This document shows, one piece after another, positions 10,415 through 20,822 of a DNA stretch of 64,000 nt. Below the pieces are notes generated by a model. It searched no databases, had not been told where the DNA came from, and saw nothing but the letters and a program-made list of their open reading frames with translations. Source of the stretch: an uncultured Bacteroidales bacterium (GTDB taxonomy: Bacteria; Bacteroidota; Bacteroidia; Bacteroidales; VadinHA17); the NCBI GenBank assembly GCA_963765005.1, contig CAVXUP010000009.1, forward strand, positions 269,609 to 333,608, given 5' to 3'. Each line of letters starts with the position of its first letter. Position 1 is the first letter of the stretch. The translations under genes and the position numbers were made by a program.

Positions 10415-11616
10415 TGTCATTAGATATGAGAAAGAATAACCCGAAGAAACTACTGATTAAGGCTGTAGCACTAATAGTTGCCGGGATAACTATTCCGTCG
10501 TGCAACCAGGGAGGAGAAGGTAAAAAATCAGGCATTACCTCTTCTCAGAATGGCTCTGAACAAACGCTTTCTCAATCTGACGGCAAGGTATCAGGAAGTT
10601 CAGAAACAGAAAAAGTACCTGTGTATGGTAACTGGAGAAACTTCACTACAAAAGATGGCCTTCCTTCCGATAAAGCATACTGTGTCAGAATCATTGGAGA
10701 ACAGGTTATGGTAGGAACTCATGACGGACTTGCAGTTTATGAAAAAGGAAAGTGGAAAACATACACCACAAAAGACGGTCTCGCTCACAACGGCGTTGTT
10801 TCAGTAGATTACAGCGAACTTACAGGTGATGTCTGGATCGCAACACTCGGGGGACTCAACAGGTGGTCGGCAGGAAAGTTCGAAACGTTCAACCAGTTCA
10901 ATAGCGGAATGCCAAACGACCTTGTTTATAATGTCATCTGCGAAGGGAAAGATGTATGGGTAGCCACAGGCGGCGGAGCAGGTCACTATGACACCTTCTC
11001 AAAGGAATGGGAAATATTCACAGAAAAAAATGCACCAATGCATGAACCCTGGACTTATGGTATCTCTGCCGGGGACGGAAAGATTTTCATTGCAGCCTGG
11101 GGCGGAGGAGTAATAGAGTATAATACAAATACAAAGCAATTCAGGGATTATACCGATCCTGACGGTTTCATGGAGATAGACCTTCAGCCAAATGATGGCG
11201 TTGTTCACGATATCACTACAGCAACCTCATGGGCAAAAGGAAAACTATGGGTTTCAAGTTACTTCGGGATGAGCATGTATGACGGGAAATACTGGAAGGG
11301 TTTTTTTGATCATGACAGCGGCCTTGCAAGCAACTTTATAAATTTCATAAGGGCTGAAGGCGATGTAGCATTTGCCTGCAGTGACCGGGGCCTGAGCAGT
11401 ACAAACGGAGAGAGCTGGGTGACCTATAAAAAATTCGATAACAGCGAGAACGGTGTTGCTATTGTTACAAAGGGACCAGAAAAAAAAGAAATACAGCTTA
11501 CACCTTCGATTGCTCACAACTTCGTAATAGGAGTTGATGGAGAGAATGATGTCCTTTGGGTTGCAACATCAAGGGGGGTAAGCCGCGGTGAAGTTCTAAA
11601 AGGAATAAACTATTAA
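10414..11616 (+). CDS. Lipoprotein with two-component-regulator-propeller (Reg_prop)-like repeats
   Basis: Lipobox ITIPSCNQG. Repeats FTTKDGLPSDKAYCVRI...VGTHDGLAVY, YTTKDGLAHNGVVSV...WIATLGGLNRW, FNSGMPNDLVYNVICEGKDVWVATGGG. The start overlaps the upstream stop (TAATG). Confidence 0.7.
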   Translation: MSLDMRKNNPKKLLIKAVALIVAGITIPSCNQGGEGKKSGITSSQNGSEQTLSQSDGKVSGSSETEKVPVYGNWRNFTTKDGLPSDKAYCVRIIGEQVMVGTHDGLAVYEKGKWKTYTTKDGLAHNGVVSVDYSELTGDVWIATLGGLNRWSAGKFETFNQFNSGMPNDLVYNVICEGKDVWVATGGGAGHYDTFSKEWEIFTEKNAPMHEPWTYGISAGDGKIFIAAWGGGVIEYNTNTKQFRDYTDPDGFMEIDLQPNDGVVHDITTATSWAKGKLWVSSYFGMSMYDGKYWKGFFDHDSGLASNFINFIRAEGDVAFACSDRGLSSTNGESWVTYKKFDNSENGVAIVTKGPEKKEIQLTPSIAHNFVIGVDGENDVLWVATSRGVSRGEVLKGINY

Positions 11617-11643
11617 AAATACATAACCAGACAAAATAATACT

Positions 11644-12225
11644 ATGATAATGACTGACAAACAACTACTTATTGATCTTTCAAACCTTACAGAGGGTGAA
11701 CGCACTGAGATGAAAAAGCTTGGCCTGTTATCAGGTGACAATAAGCTTGCAGAATTTGTATACCCAGCTTTTCACAACGATCGTCCGCCAATAGAAAAAC
11801 ATGTTGTGCATGCCCCTCATGTTATAAACGAAGCATATAACTACCAGAAACCATCATCCTTTTCCAGAGCACTCAGGCTTGACTTCGGCGATTATAAAAT
11901 TCTTCTGATTTCGGGAACTGCCAGCGTCAACGAAGAGGGTAAAGCTGAGCATATAGGTGATTTCAAGGCTCAGTTATGGAGGACTTACCGTAATATTACC
12001 AATCTGCTGGCAGCGGAAGGGATGTCATGGCATGATATTGTCAGAACAACTAATTACCTGAGAGACATAGAGAGGGATTATGCTGAATTCAATAAAATAA
12101 GAACCACCTTCTACAGGTGGATGAATCTTGATCCTTTGCCGGCAAGTACAGGCATACAGGCAAGGCTTTGCTGGGAAACACTCCTTGTCGAGATCGAGGC
12201 TTATGCTGTCTGTAAAATCAAATAA
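11644..12225 (+). CDS. YjgF/RidA-fold (chorismate-mutase-like superfamily) protein with a roughly 60-aa N-terminal extension
   Basis: ILLISGTASVNEEG...DFKAQLWRTYRNITNLLAAEGMSWHDIVRTTNYL...PASTGIQARLCWETLLVEIEAYAV matches the RidA/YjgF C-terminal signature (P-A-x-T/S...L-V-E-I-E). Confidence 0.7.
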   Translation: MIMTDKQLLIDLSNLTEGERTEMKKLGLLSGDNKLAEFVYPAFHNDRPPIEKHVVHAPHVINEAYNYQKPSSFSRALRLDFGDYKILLISGTASVNEEGKAEHIGDFKAQLWRTYRNITNLLAAEGMSWHDIVRTTNYLRDIERDYAEFNKIRTTFYRWMNLDPLPASTGIQARLCWETLLVEIEAYAVCKIK

Positions 12226-12232
12226 AAAATAA

Positions 12233-13546
12233 ATGAAAGCATTACTTAAGAATTTTAGTACAATGCTGTTATTTCTGGCCTTTACAGTTCTGATAGCTGA
12301 AGGTCAGCAGGCAAATCCTAATTATGGGAATATCCCCGATGAACTCGTCGCCTACGACAGGTACCAGAAAGCATACAAGTATCATTTCATGGAACCGATG
12401 CAGTTTTATGGAGCGGGCCGTGAGAAACTTCCGCCCACGGACCTGAAGGAGGTAAGAATCGGATTTCTCGGACCGCTTGAAGGCTCAATCCTGGTAAATC
12501 TGGGCAAGCAGATGAAACAGGGTGCTGAAATGGCTGTTGAGCAAGCAAATAAGAAAGGCGGTTACAAGGGGCTTCCTTTCACAATGATGCTTCATAATGA
12601 TGCAGGTCTGTGGGGAGCTGCAGCCAATGAAATCGTGAAAATGGATGATGAGGGTGTCTGGGCCTGGCTAGGGTCGATCGATGATATAGTATCACATGTT
12701 GCAATAAGGGCTACACTGAAACTTGAAATCGCGAATGTCAATACCGGTGATCCTGATCCTACATTCACTGAAACAAACATCCCCTGGGTGATAAGGGTAA
12801 TTCCCGACGACAGGCAAAGCAGTTATGTACTTGTCAACCAAATCTACAAAATTGACCGTCACTCAAGAGTGGCTGTGATGAGAGCAAATAACAGGTATGG
12901 CCGTGTAGGTACCCTGCATTTCAACCGCTCTGCCAGCAGGATTGGATATCCTATCATAATCGAGGAAAGGTTTAATGATGGAGAAACAACATTTGCTTCG
13001 CAGCTTGAACGCATTAAAAAGGCAAAACCGGATGCAATTCTCGTCTGGGGAAATGCACAGGAATCAGCTCTCATTTTAAAGGAGATCCGCAGTATGGGAA
13101 TGAAGCAACCGATTTATGGTTCTGACAGGATGGTGAGTCAGGAATTCCTTAGTGCTGCCGGAGATCTGGCAAATGGCATTAAGACTACCTGTCAGTATAA
13201 TCCCGACTCAAATGATCCAAAACTTCAGGCTTTCAGGGCTGAGTACAGAAAAAGATATAATATGGAAGCTGATGTTTTCGCAGCCCATGCATACGACGGT
13301 ATGAATATAATCATTGAAGCTGTAAGGAAAGCCGGACTGAACAGGGTCCTGATCAGAGATCTGCTTACCGACTCGAAGACATTCAATGGTTATGAGGGAG
13401 TTACCGGCAAGATAATCCTTGACGGAACATGGAATAATATAAGGCCTATATATTCGGCTAAGATAAATAATGGTAAATTTGAATTCTCTCCGGCTCCGAA
13501 GTGGGAAAAGGATGACAAGATTTACAAGAAATCCAGGGAGTATTAA
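12233..13546 (+). CDS. Periplasmic binding protein, LivK/Peripla_BP_6 type (orphan: no permease or ATPase nearby)
   Basis: Signal peptide. VRIGFLGPLEGSILVNLGKQMKQGAEMAVEQANKKGGYKGLPF... is the typical branched-chain/aromatic-ligand SBP N-terminus. Also FAAHAYDGMNIIIEAV. Confidence 0.85.
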   Translation: MKALLKNFSTMLLFLAFTVLIAEGQQANPNYGNIPDELVAYDRYQKAYKYHFMEPMQFYGAGREKLPPTDLKEVRIGFLGPLEGSILVNLGKQMKQGAEMAVEQANKKGGYKGLPFTMMLHNDAGLWGAAANEIVKMDDEGVWAWLGSIDDIVSHVAIRATLKLEIANVNTGDPDPTFTETNIPWVIRVIPDDRQSSYVLVNQIYKIDRHSRVAVMRANNRYGRVGTLHFNRSASRIGYPIIIEERFNDGETTFASQLERIKKAKPDAILVWGNAQESALILKEIRSMGMKQPIYGSDRMVSQEFLSAAGDLANGIKTTCQYNPDSNDPKLQAFRAEYRKRYNMEADVFAAHAYDGMNIIIEAVRKAGLNRVLIRDLLTDSKTFNGYEGVTGKIILDGTWNNIRPIYSAKINNGKFEFSPAPKWEKDDKIYKKSREY

Positions 13547-13568
13547 GAATAAGTAAGAAAAAACTGTG

Positions 13569-14435
13569 ATGGAGACATTTTCGTGTGATAATCCTGTTAA
13601 TGATAAATTTAAGATTCCCTCTAAAGTCAGCCGGAACAGAAGATCAGATAATACTGTTGTCGAAGTAAAAGGAGTTGAAATAGGCGGATCTGAAGTAATT
13701 ATTATAGCAGGCCCCTGCGCTGTTGAAAATAAAGAACAGCTGTTTGAAACTGCAAGAGCTGTAAAAGCCGGCGGTGCCAGGATATTGAGAGGTGGAGCTT
13801 TCAAACCACGCTCCTCCCCCTATAACTTTCAGGGAATGGGCGAAGAGGGACTGATACTTCTGCGCGACATAAGCAGAGAAACTGGTATGCCGGTAGTTAC
13901 TGAGGTTATGGACACAAGGCAGATGGAACTTGTTGCATCATATGCAGATATGATACAGATTGGTTCGAGAAATATGCAGAATTACCCTCTGCTCAAGGAA
14001 GCAGGATTGTTACGTAAACCAGTACTGCTTAAAAGAGGCATGATGGCAACAATCGAAGAGTTTCTTCTGGCAGCCGAATATATCCTTAGTCAGGGTAATG
14101 AACAGGTAATTCTCTGTGAACGAGGTATCCGAACCTTCGAAACATCAACCCGTAATACCCTGGATCTTAGCGCTGTGCCTATGCTTAAGCATCTGACTCA
14201 TCTGCCTGTAATTATTGATCCCAGTCATGGTACGGGGCTCAGATGGATGGTGCCTTCAATGGCAAAGGCTGCTGTTGCAGTAGGAGCTGACGGTCTTATT
14301 ATTGAAGTTCATTATAAACCCGAAGAGGCGCTCTGCGATGGACACCAGTCTCTTAATATTATGGAATTCAACACAATGATGGCCGATCTTGATAAGATAG
14401 CCTCAGCCGTGAACAGGAAGACATCTCTTACTTAA
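13569..14435 (+). CDS. aroF: 3-deoxy-7-phosphoheptulonate (DAHP) synthase, type I-beta, with no fused regulatory or chorismate mutase domain
   Basis: [64 protein letters not shown] motifs. The GAFKPR-SPY-FQG motif separates it from KDO8P synthase. Confidence 0.9.
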   Translation: METFSCDNPVNDKFKIPSKVSRNRRSDNTVVEVKGVEIGGSEVIIIAGPCAVENKEQLFETARAVKAGGARILRGGAFKPRSSPYNFQGMGEEGLILLRDISRETGMPVVTEVMDTRQMELVASYADMIQIGSRNMQNYPLLKEAGLLRKPVLLKRGMMATIEEFLLAAEYILSQGNEQVILCERGIRTFETSTRNTLDLSAVPMLKHLTHLPVIIDPSHGTGLRWMVPSMAKAAVAVGADGLIIEVHYKPEEALCDGHQSLNIMEFNTMMADLDKIASAVNRKTSLT

Positions 14436-14462
14436 CTTTATCCTCCGGGGGAGATTTATTAC

Positions 14463-15584
14463 ATGATTTTTCTGAACCTGCTAATTCCTGCCTGCATTCT
14501 GCTGGGCAGTATGAATCGCACCGATTGCACTGTACTGATTCAGAAGGAATCCCTATATCTCAACGGCAAAACCAGGATAGGTTTATTAATCGACAATAAA
14601 AGTTCTCTTGCAGCAAAGCATGCCGCAGAGATGGCAATCAGTGAGGCCAACAATAAGGCAGGTGCAACAGGCATGAAGTTTGAGCTTGTGGTCCGCTCTA
14701 TGGAAGGCCCCTGGGGTACAGGATCAAAGCAGACAGTAAACCTGATTTTTGATGAGAATGTTATTGCAATAGCGGGTTCTCATGATGGCCGCAATGCCCA
14801 CCTTGCTGAGCAGGTTTGTGCAAAATCGGGGGTTACCCTTATTTCTGCCAGGGCCAGCGACCCCACCCTTTCGCAGGCCTTTGTCCCCTGGTATTTCAGC
14901 TGCGTCCCAAACGACGACCAGCAGGCTTCAGTCTTATTTGAAGAAATTACTCTCATGGCAAAAGAGAGTGAAGTACTGCTGATATCAGAGAACTCATATG
15001 ATGCGAAACAGGCCTCAAAAAGTTATATCAGAAAAAATAAAAGCAAGGGATTGAAGGAGCCCGAAGTGTTTTCATACAACGACTATGACAATGATCTTTC
15101 GGGATTAGCAGCCTCTATAAAAAGAACAGGAAAGAAATGCATTGTAATCTTTGGTAAACCTCCTTCAGCTATAAAGCTCCTGAAGGAGATCCGAAAAATA
15201 AAGCCCGAAATAATCATGTTTGCATCACTTTCGATAATGGACGAGAACAAACTACCGGTTAATGAGCTTTACCAGTTCGAAGATCTTTATATTGTTTCTC
15301 CCGGCCTGATCAATTCTCCTAAATGGACTGAATTCAGCAAGGAGTATCAGAGACTGTACGGATATGCACCAGGAGCCATAGCTTCATTCTCCTACGATGC
15401 AATGAATGTAATTATTGAAGCTATAAATGAGACCGGACCAGACCAGGAATTGATGCAAAACACAATTGCGAAAAGGAGATTTAACGGAGTAACCGGACCT
15501 ATAGAATTTGATGAACATGGAAACAGGAAATGGCCATTTGGAATGATTATCATAAAAAACGGGATTCCAACTCCTGTCAGGTGA
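14463..15584 (+). CDS. Second LivK/Peripla_BP_6-type binding protein (orphan)
   Basis: TRIGLLIDNKSSLAAKHAAEMAISEANNKAGATGMKFELVV..., IASFSYDAMNVIIEAI, FNGVTGPIEFDEHGNR. Confidence 0.8.
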   Translation: MIFLNLLIPACILLGSMNRTDCTVLIQKESLYLNGKTRIGLLIDNKSSLAAKHAAEMAISEANNKAGATGMKFELVVRSMEGPWGTGSKQTVNLIFDENVIAIAGSHDGRNAHLAEQVCAKSGVTLISARASDPTLSQAFVPWYFSCVPNDDQQASVLFEEITLMAKESEVLLISENSYDAKQASKSYIRKNKSKGLKEPEVFSYNDYDNDLSGLAASIKRTGKKCIVIFGKPPSAIKLLKEIRKIKPEIIMFASLSIMDENKLPVNELYQFEDLYIVSPGLINSPKWTEFSKEYQRLYGYAPGAIASFSYDAMNVIIEAINETGPDQELMQNTIAKRRFNGVTGPIEFDEHGNRKWPFGMIIIKNGIPTPVR

Positions 15585-15626
15585 TAATGAGGTCAGTTTA
15601 TGCATATATTTCATAATTTTGAGAGC

Positions 15627-18600
15627 ATGAAAGATTTATTAAAAATACTGGTCGCACTGACCTTCATTCTAAGTCTTGCAGGATGCAGGAACAGGGCTGA
15701 TAACGGAGGAAGCAAATCAACTGACCTGATATCAGTCAAAACACTGGGACTTGCTTACCTTGAGGAATTTAAACATGAAGAAGCCGAAAAAGAGTTCCTG
15801 AAATTTATAAAGCTGGCTCCTGAAGATAAATTCGGATACGCCAACCTGGGACTGGTATACCTCAGGCTTGCCAGGTATAAGGAAGCAGAAGAACAGCTGT
15901 TCAAGGCAATAAAAATAGCACCCGAAGATCCGGATATCAGGCTTATTCTGGCAACGGTATACAGGATGAACAATGAGAGTGATAAGGCAATCTCTGTACT
16001 CTCAGAAGCCCTGAAATCTTCTCCTGATCATGCTAAAATGCTCTATGATCTGTCGGAGTTGTATTTAGCATCACCGAACCAGGAATCTGATATAAAAAGG
16101 GAAGAGTGTCTTAAAAGACTCGCAGAAAAAGCCCCTGGAAACCTTGTACCCCTTCTTAGTCTTACAGAGATCTTTATTAAAAAGGGATTGTATGACGAAG
16201 CTGTGGCAGAACTTGAGATCATAAAGAAACAATTCCCTGAATTTCCAAAGGAGGCTAACGAATATTATGAGAAGACACTTTCACTATTGAGAAAGGGAGA
16301 TAAGGACAATGCTCTTATCAGCTACACCATTTTCAACAACTACCTGAAGGTTACAAATCCTTACCAGGCAGGCATTATTGAACTTAAAGGCCCTGGCGGA
16401 GCGCTTATTGGATTTCCGGTAATAACATTTGCTCCGCAGACATCAACCCGGATGGCACAGAATGAATCTCTTCTCGATATCCTGGTCTTCACTGATGCCA
16501 CTGTCTCTTCCGGACTCTCAGTTATTCCCTCAGATAGTACAGGAGATAAAAACGGGCAAAGCAATTCATTCACTGCTCTCAATGATTATGACGGTGATGG
16601 TGATACAGACATTTATTCCGGAAGTTACGATAAGAGCACTTCAACATATAAACATTACCTTCTGAATAATGAAATGGGCCGGTTCAGGGAGATCTCGGCC
16701 GATGCCGGAATTAACATGACCGGTGTTGAAAATGGCGCATCTTTTGCTGATTTTGACAATGATGGTTTTCCTGATCTGCTTATACTGCGATCTGATGGAA
16801 ATAAACTTTATAAAAACACGGGAAAAGGGAGTTTTGAAGATGTTACAAAGAGCTCCCGTATGCCTGAAAAATCTACTGGCAAAAAGGCCCTCTTTTTTGA
16901 CCCCGATCATGACGGAGATCTTGATCTCCTCGAGACAGGATCATCAAAGATTCTCGTGATGAGGAATAATGCAGATGGAACGTTCCTTGAGAACTCCGGA
17001 GCAATGGGGCTGGCAGGTGAAAACGGACCGGCAGGTGATGCGGCATTCGGCGATTTTGATGAGGATGGGGACATCGACCTGATAACTGCAGGTGAAAAGG
17101 GAGGCATAACTCTTTATTCAAACCAGCGTCAGGGCATTTTCAAAAACATTACCGAAACCAGCGGGCTCAGCAGCGTTGCCGGCTCAACTTCCATATCGGT
17201 CGGGGACTATAACAACGACGGGTACCTCGATCTTTTTGTAACTCCTGTTAAAGGCGGTGACTATAAGCTTTACAGGAACCTGCGAAACGGAAGCTTTGAA
17301 GCTGAAACCGGAACAGAGGATATGTTCAGTGCCCTCAGATCTCTTAATGCTTTTGATGCAGCCTTTATTGATTTTAACAACGACGGTTTTCTTGATCTTG
17401 CTGTGGCAGGTGAACAGCTGGAAAATACCGGAAGGGGTCTCTTTCTGTACTGCAATGATGGAAAAGGGAATTATTCAGATGTATCCCGTCTCCTTCCGGA
17501 AGAGATAGGATCTGCCAGGCAGCTTAATCTGTTCGACTATAATGATGATGGCGACATCGATCTTTTATTAACAAAAAGCGACGGAGGTGTGTGCCTGCTG
17601 AGAAATGACGGAGGCAATGAAAACCATTATATCACAATGAAACTTGTAGGCCTCAGGGCCGGAAGTGCAAAAAACAACCATTTCGGGATCGGGGCAAAAG
17701 TGGAAATGCGGGCCGGTGAACTCTATCAGACCCTGGTTGTAAATGATCCGAATATTCATTTCGGAATTGGATCACGTGCATATGCTGATATTATAAGAAT
17801 AACCTGGACAAACGGGGTGCCACAAAACATTTTCCTTCCGGGTTCAGGTCAGAGGCTAATAGAAGCCCAGACTCTCAAAGGATCATGCCCTTTTCTATAT
17901 GCCTGGAATGGGGAGGAATTTCAATTCTCAAAGGATATTATGTGGAGAAGTGCATTGGGCATGCCACTCGGGATTATGGGAGGCACAACTGCATACGCCT
18001 TTGCAGATGCATCGGACGACTACATTAAAATTCCCGGCGAATCACTGAAAGAAAAAAATGGTAAAATTCCTTTGCAGATAACTTCAGAATTATGGGAAAC
18101 AATTTACACCGATAAAATCGAACTTGTAGCTGTTGATCATCCTGAAACAGTCGAAGTTTTTGTTCCGGAACAATTCTCTCCCCCACCCTTCCCCGGACTG
18201 AAAATCACTGCCATCGCAGGTAAAAAAATACCCGTATCAGCTTTTGACGGGTACGGGAATGACCAGCTTAAAACCCTGTCCGAAAAGGACGACAGATATG
18301 TTGCAGGATTCAGACCCGATAAATACCAGGGTGTGACTGAAATGAATGAGCTCATAATTGATCCGGGGAAGTCAGGAAGAGATGGAAAGCTGCTGATGTT
18401 CATGAACGGCTGGATCTTCCCGACAGACGCCAGTATAAACTATGCCATCTCTCAATCTTCTGCTCTCAGTGTTGTTCCGCCAATCATTGAGGTACGCGAC
18501 GGAAAAGGCAACTGGGTAACAGTAATTGACAACCTTGGTTTTCCTATGGGAAAAGACAAGACAGTAATTGCCGATCTTACCGGTAAATTTCTTTCCGATG

Positions 18601-20774
18601 ACCGCACAATAAGAATAAGGTCCAATATGGAGATTTATTGGGATCAGATATTTTTTTCTGACGCGATATCCACTGCAGAGTTAGTCTCAACTACTTTATA
18701 TCCGGTATCTGCAGACCTTCATTACAGGGGCTTTTCGGAAAGCTACAGAAAAGGGGGACGATATGGTCCCCACTGGTTTGACTATTCAAAAGTTGAAAAG
18801 GGTCAGAAATGGAGAGACCTTACCGGCAACTATACTCGTTACGGTGACGTTCTCCAATTACTTGAAGAGTCTGATAATATGTATATCATATCTAACGCCG
18901 GTGATGAAACTACTATCGAATTTGATCCGAAGCTCTTACCTGAACTGAAAAAAGGATGGAAGAGGGATTTCTTCATTCACTCAGTCGGCTGGGTAAAAGA
19001 CGGTGATATAAATACTGCTTCTGGAAATACAGTTGAGCCGCTGCCATGGCATGGTATGAAGAGTTACCCTCCGGCAGAAAATGATAAGTATCCAAATGAT
19101 CCTGAACTTAAGAAATACCACAAGGAGTACAATACCAGGGTTGTCACCCAGGAGGAGTTCATTAATGCCATTAAACCAAAAACCAATAAATCTGTCGTTT
19201 TTACAGATGTGACTAAGAAAGCAGGGATTGATTTTAACTACACAATAGGCGACAACTCCTACGTCAACATTCTTGAAAGCAGTGGTTCAGGTATAACTGT
19301 CTTTGACTATAACAACGATGGGCTCATGGATATCTACCTCATGAACGGAACATATCTTGAAGGTATTTCTGACCCTGACGGAAAAATTTATAAAGACACA
19401 CCGGACAGACTTTACAGGAACGATGGTAATGGACGGTTTTCTGAGGTATCAGCTTCTGCAGGCCTTGATGACCGCAACTGGAGCATGGCTGCAGGGGCAG
19501 TTGATTATGACAATGACGGCGACCAGGACCTGTTCCTGTTGAATTACGGACCCAATAGGTTCTTCAGGAACAATGGAAACGGAACCTTCAGCGATATAAC
19601 TGCAGCAACAGGTCTCGCAGGTCCCGGTAAATTAAACGGATTCACCAAATGGAGCATTGGCGTCTCTTTTCTCGATTACAACAGCGATGGCAGGCTCGAC
19701 GCCATGGTTGGCAACTTCCTGGCTTTTGATCCGGCGTATGTATCAACTGCTGGTCCGGGAATAATGCCACACCCTTCAGAGTATAAAGGACAAGCGTCTT
19801 TATTGTATGAACAACAGCCTGACGGAAGCTTTACTGATGTCACAAAGCGAATGGGGCTCTTTTATCCCGATTCAAAATGCATGGGGCTGACAATTTACGA
19901 TTATGATGAAGATGGAGACCTCGATATTTTCCAGGCAAACGATCACCAGCTCAATTATCTTTTCAGGAGAGATAAGGAATTTTTTACAGAGGTGGCTGTC
20001 GGGAGCGGTGTGGCTGCAAACAGCAAAGGAATCGGGACAGGATCAATGCATGGGACAATCGGAGATGTTGACGGTGATGGTCTTGTCGATATACTTGTCA
20101 CTGACCTCGAATATGGAGCTCTGTACAGAAACAAGGGTAACGGACTTTATGAGGATATAACAGAAAAAAGCGGGATTGCATCTCAAATAGCCGGAAAAGG
20201 AAGCTGGGGGTCAGCACTGTTTGATTATGACAACGATGGCGACCTTGATATGGTGGCTGCCAATGGGACTGCAGAGGAACTTATATTGCAGTATCCTGTA
20301 CTGCTTGAAAATGACGGCAAGGGAAATTTCAGGAATGCAGGGCCCGAAGCCGGCTCATATTTTTCAGAAAAACGGTCAGGACGAGGCCTTGCGGTACTTG
20401 ACTATGATAACGATGGCGACCTCGACCTTACTGTTTCTCATGTTGATAAAAAAGGAACTGCAGTCCTGCTCAGGAACGATGGTGGCAATAACAATCACTG
20501 GATCGGCATAACGCTTAAAGGCAGAAATGGAGTTGCTCCTGCTATCGGGGCAAAAGTGGAAGTATCATCAGGAGGGAAAAAACAGGTGCATATTAACCAG
20601 TGGTCAACAAGCTATCTTTCAAATAATGATCCAAGGATGCATATAGGACTCGGGGAAAGCGAGAAAATTGACCTCCTCGAGATAACATGGTCGGATGGCA
20701 TGAAAGAGTCTTACAGAGACATAAGAGGCAACCGGTATATTATTCTTACTCAAGGGAAAGGAATAACAGAGTAA
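15627..20774 (+). CDS. Giant (about 1715 aa) lipoprotein: TPR region, two FG-GAP/ASPIC (CRTAC1-like) modules, and an unrecognised central domain of about 440 aa
   Basis: ATG 15627 gives MKDLLKILVALTFILSLAGC (the ORF track starts at 15600). Many D-x-D/N-x-D-G FG-GAP units. Two ASPIC/UnbV-like segments (NHYITMKLVGLRAGSAKNNHFGIGAKVEMRAG; NHWIGITLKGRNGVAPAIGAKVEVSSGGKKQ...YLSNNDPRMHIGLG). Confidence 0.85.
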   Translation: MKDLLKILVALTFILSLAGCRNRADNGGSKSTDLISVKTLGLAYLEEFKHEEAEKEFLKFIKLAPEDKFGYANLGLVYLRLARYKEAEEQLFKAIKIAPEDPDIRLILATVYRMNNESDKAISVLSEALKSSPDHAKMLYDLSELYLASPNQESDIKREECLKRLAEKAPGNLVPLLSLTEIFIKKGLYDEAVAELEIIKKQFPEFPKEANEYYEKTLSLLRKGDKDNALISYTIFNNYLKVTNPYQAGIIELKGPGGALIGFPVITFAPQTSTRMAQNESLLDILVFTDATVSSGLSVIPSDSTGDKNGQSNSFTALNDYDGDGDTDIYSGSYDKSTSTYKHYLLNNEMGRFREISADAGINMTGVENGASFADFDNDGFPDLLILRSDGNKLYKNTGKGSFEDVTKSSRMPEKSTGKKALFFDPDHDGDLDLLETGSSKILVMRNNADGTFLENSGAMGLAGENGPAGDAAFGDFDEDGDIDLITAGEKGGITLYSNQRQGIFKNITETSGLSSVAGSTSISVGDYNNDGYLDLFVTPVKGGDYKLYRNLRNGSFEAETGTEDMFSALRSLNAFDAAFIDFNNDGFLDLAVAGEQLENTGRGLFLYCNDGKGNYSDVSRLLPEEIGSARQLNLFDYNDDGDIDLLLTKSDGGVCLLRNDGGNENHYITMKLVGLRAGSAKNNHFGIGAKVEMRAGELYQTLVVNDPNIHFGIGSRAYADIIRITWTNGVPQNIFLPGSGQRLIEAQTLKGSCPFLYAWNGEEFQFSKDIMWRSALGMPLGIMGGTTAYAFADASDDYIKIPGESLKEKNGKIPLQITSELWETIYTDKIELVAVDHPETVEVFVPEQFSPPPFPGLKITAIAGKKIPVSAFDGYGNDQLKTLSEKDDRYVAGFRPDKYQGVTEMNELIIDPGKSGRDGKLLMFMNGWIFPTDASINYAISQSSALSVVPPIIEVRDGKGNWVTVIDNLGFPMGKDKTVIADLTGKFLSDDRTIRIRSNMEIYWDQIFFSDAISTAELVSTTLYPVSADLHYRGFSESYRKGGRYGPHWFDYSKVEKGQKWRDLTGNYTRYGDVLQLLEESDNMYIISNAGDETTIEFDPKLLPELKKGWKRDFFIHSVGWVKDGDINTASGNTVEPLPWHGMKSYPPAENDKYPNDPELKKYHKEYNTRVVTQEEFINAIKPKTNKSVVFTDVTKKAGIDFNYTIGDNSYVNILESSGSGITVFDYNNDGLMDIYLMNGTYLEGISDPDGKIYKDTPDRLYRNDGNGRFSEVSASAGLDDRNWSMAAGAVDYDNDGDQDLFLLNYGPNRFFRNNGNGTFSDITAATGLAGPGKLNGFTKWSIGVSFLDYNSDGRLDAMVGNFLAFDPAYVSTAGPGIMPHPSEYKGQASLLYEQQPDGSFTDVTKRMGLFYPDSKCMGLTIYDYDEDGDLDIFQANDHQLNYLFRRDKEFFTEVAVGSGVAANSKGIGTGSMHGTIGDVDGDGLVDILVTDLEYGALYRNKGNGLYEDITEKSGIASQIAGKGSWGSALFDYDNDGDLDMVAANGTAEELILQYPVLLENDGKGNFRNAGPEAGSYFSEKRSGRGLAVLDYDNDGDLDLTVSHVDKKGTAVLLRNDGGNNNHWIGITLKGRNGVAPAIGAKVEVSSGGKKQVHINQWSTSYLSNNDPRMHIGLGESEKIDLLEITWSDGMKESYRDIRGNRYIILTQGKGITE

Positions 20775-20806
20775 AGTTTGGAGTTTGGAGTTTGGAGTTT
20801 GGAGTT
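20775..20806. repeat. Heptamer tandem array (AGTTTGG x4.5)
   Basis: agtttggagtttggagtttggagtttggagtt begins at the first nt after the stop codon (20772-20774). Confidence 0.95.
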
Positions 20807-20822
20807 AATTATTAATACTTAT

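Noticed and set aside
13208-13804. A 198-aa minus-strand ORF spanning the binding-protein/DAHP synthase junction. Similar antisense ORFs lie at 2879-3331, 4364-4939, 22416-22868, 26134-26556, 51487-51924, 55904-56332 and 59269-59838.
   Set aside because: All lie opposite strongly motif-supported genes, have low-complexity or biased composition and no motifs. They are typical shadow ORFs.
13569-14435. KDO-8-phosphate synthase (KdsA), a homologue of type I-beta DAHP synthase.
   Set aside because: The [19 protein letters not shown] motif and the overall motif set match DAHP synthase rather than KdsA.
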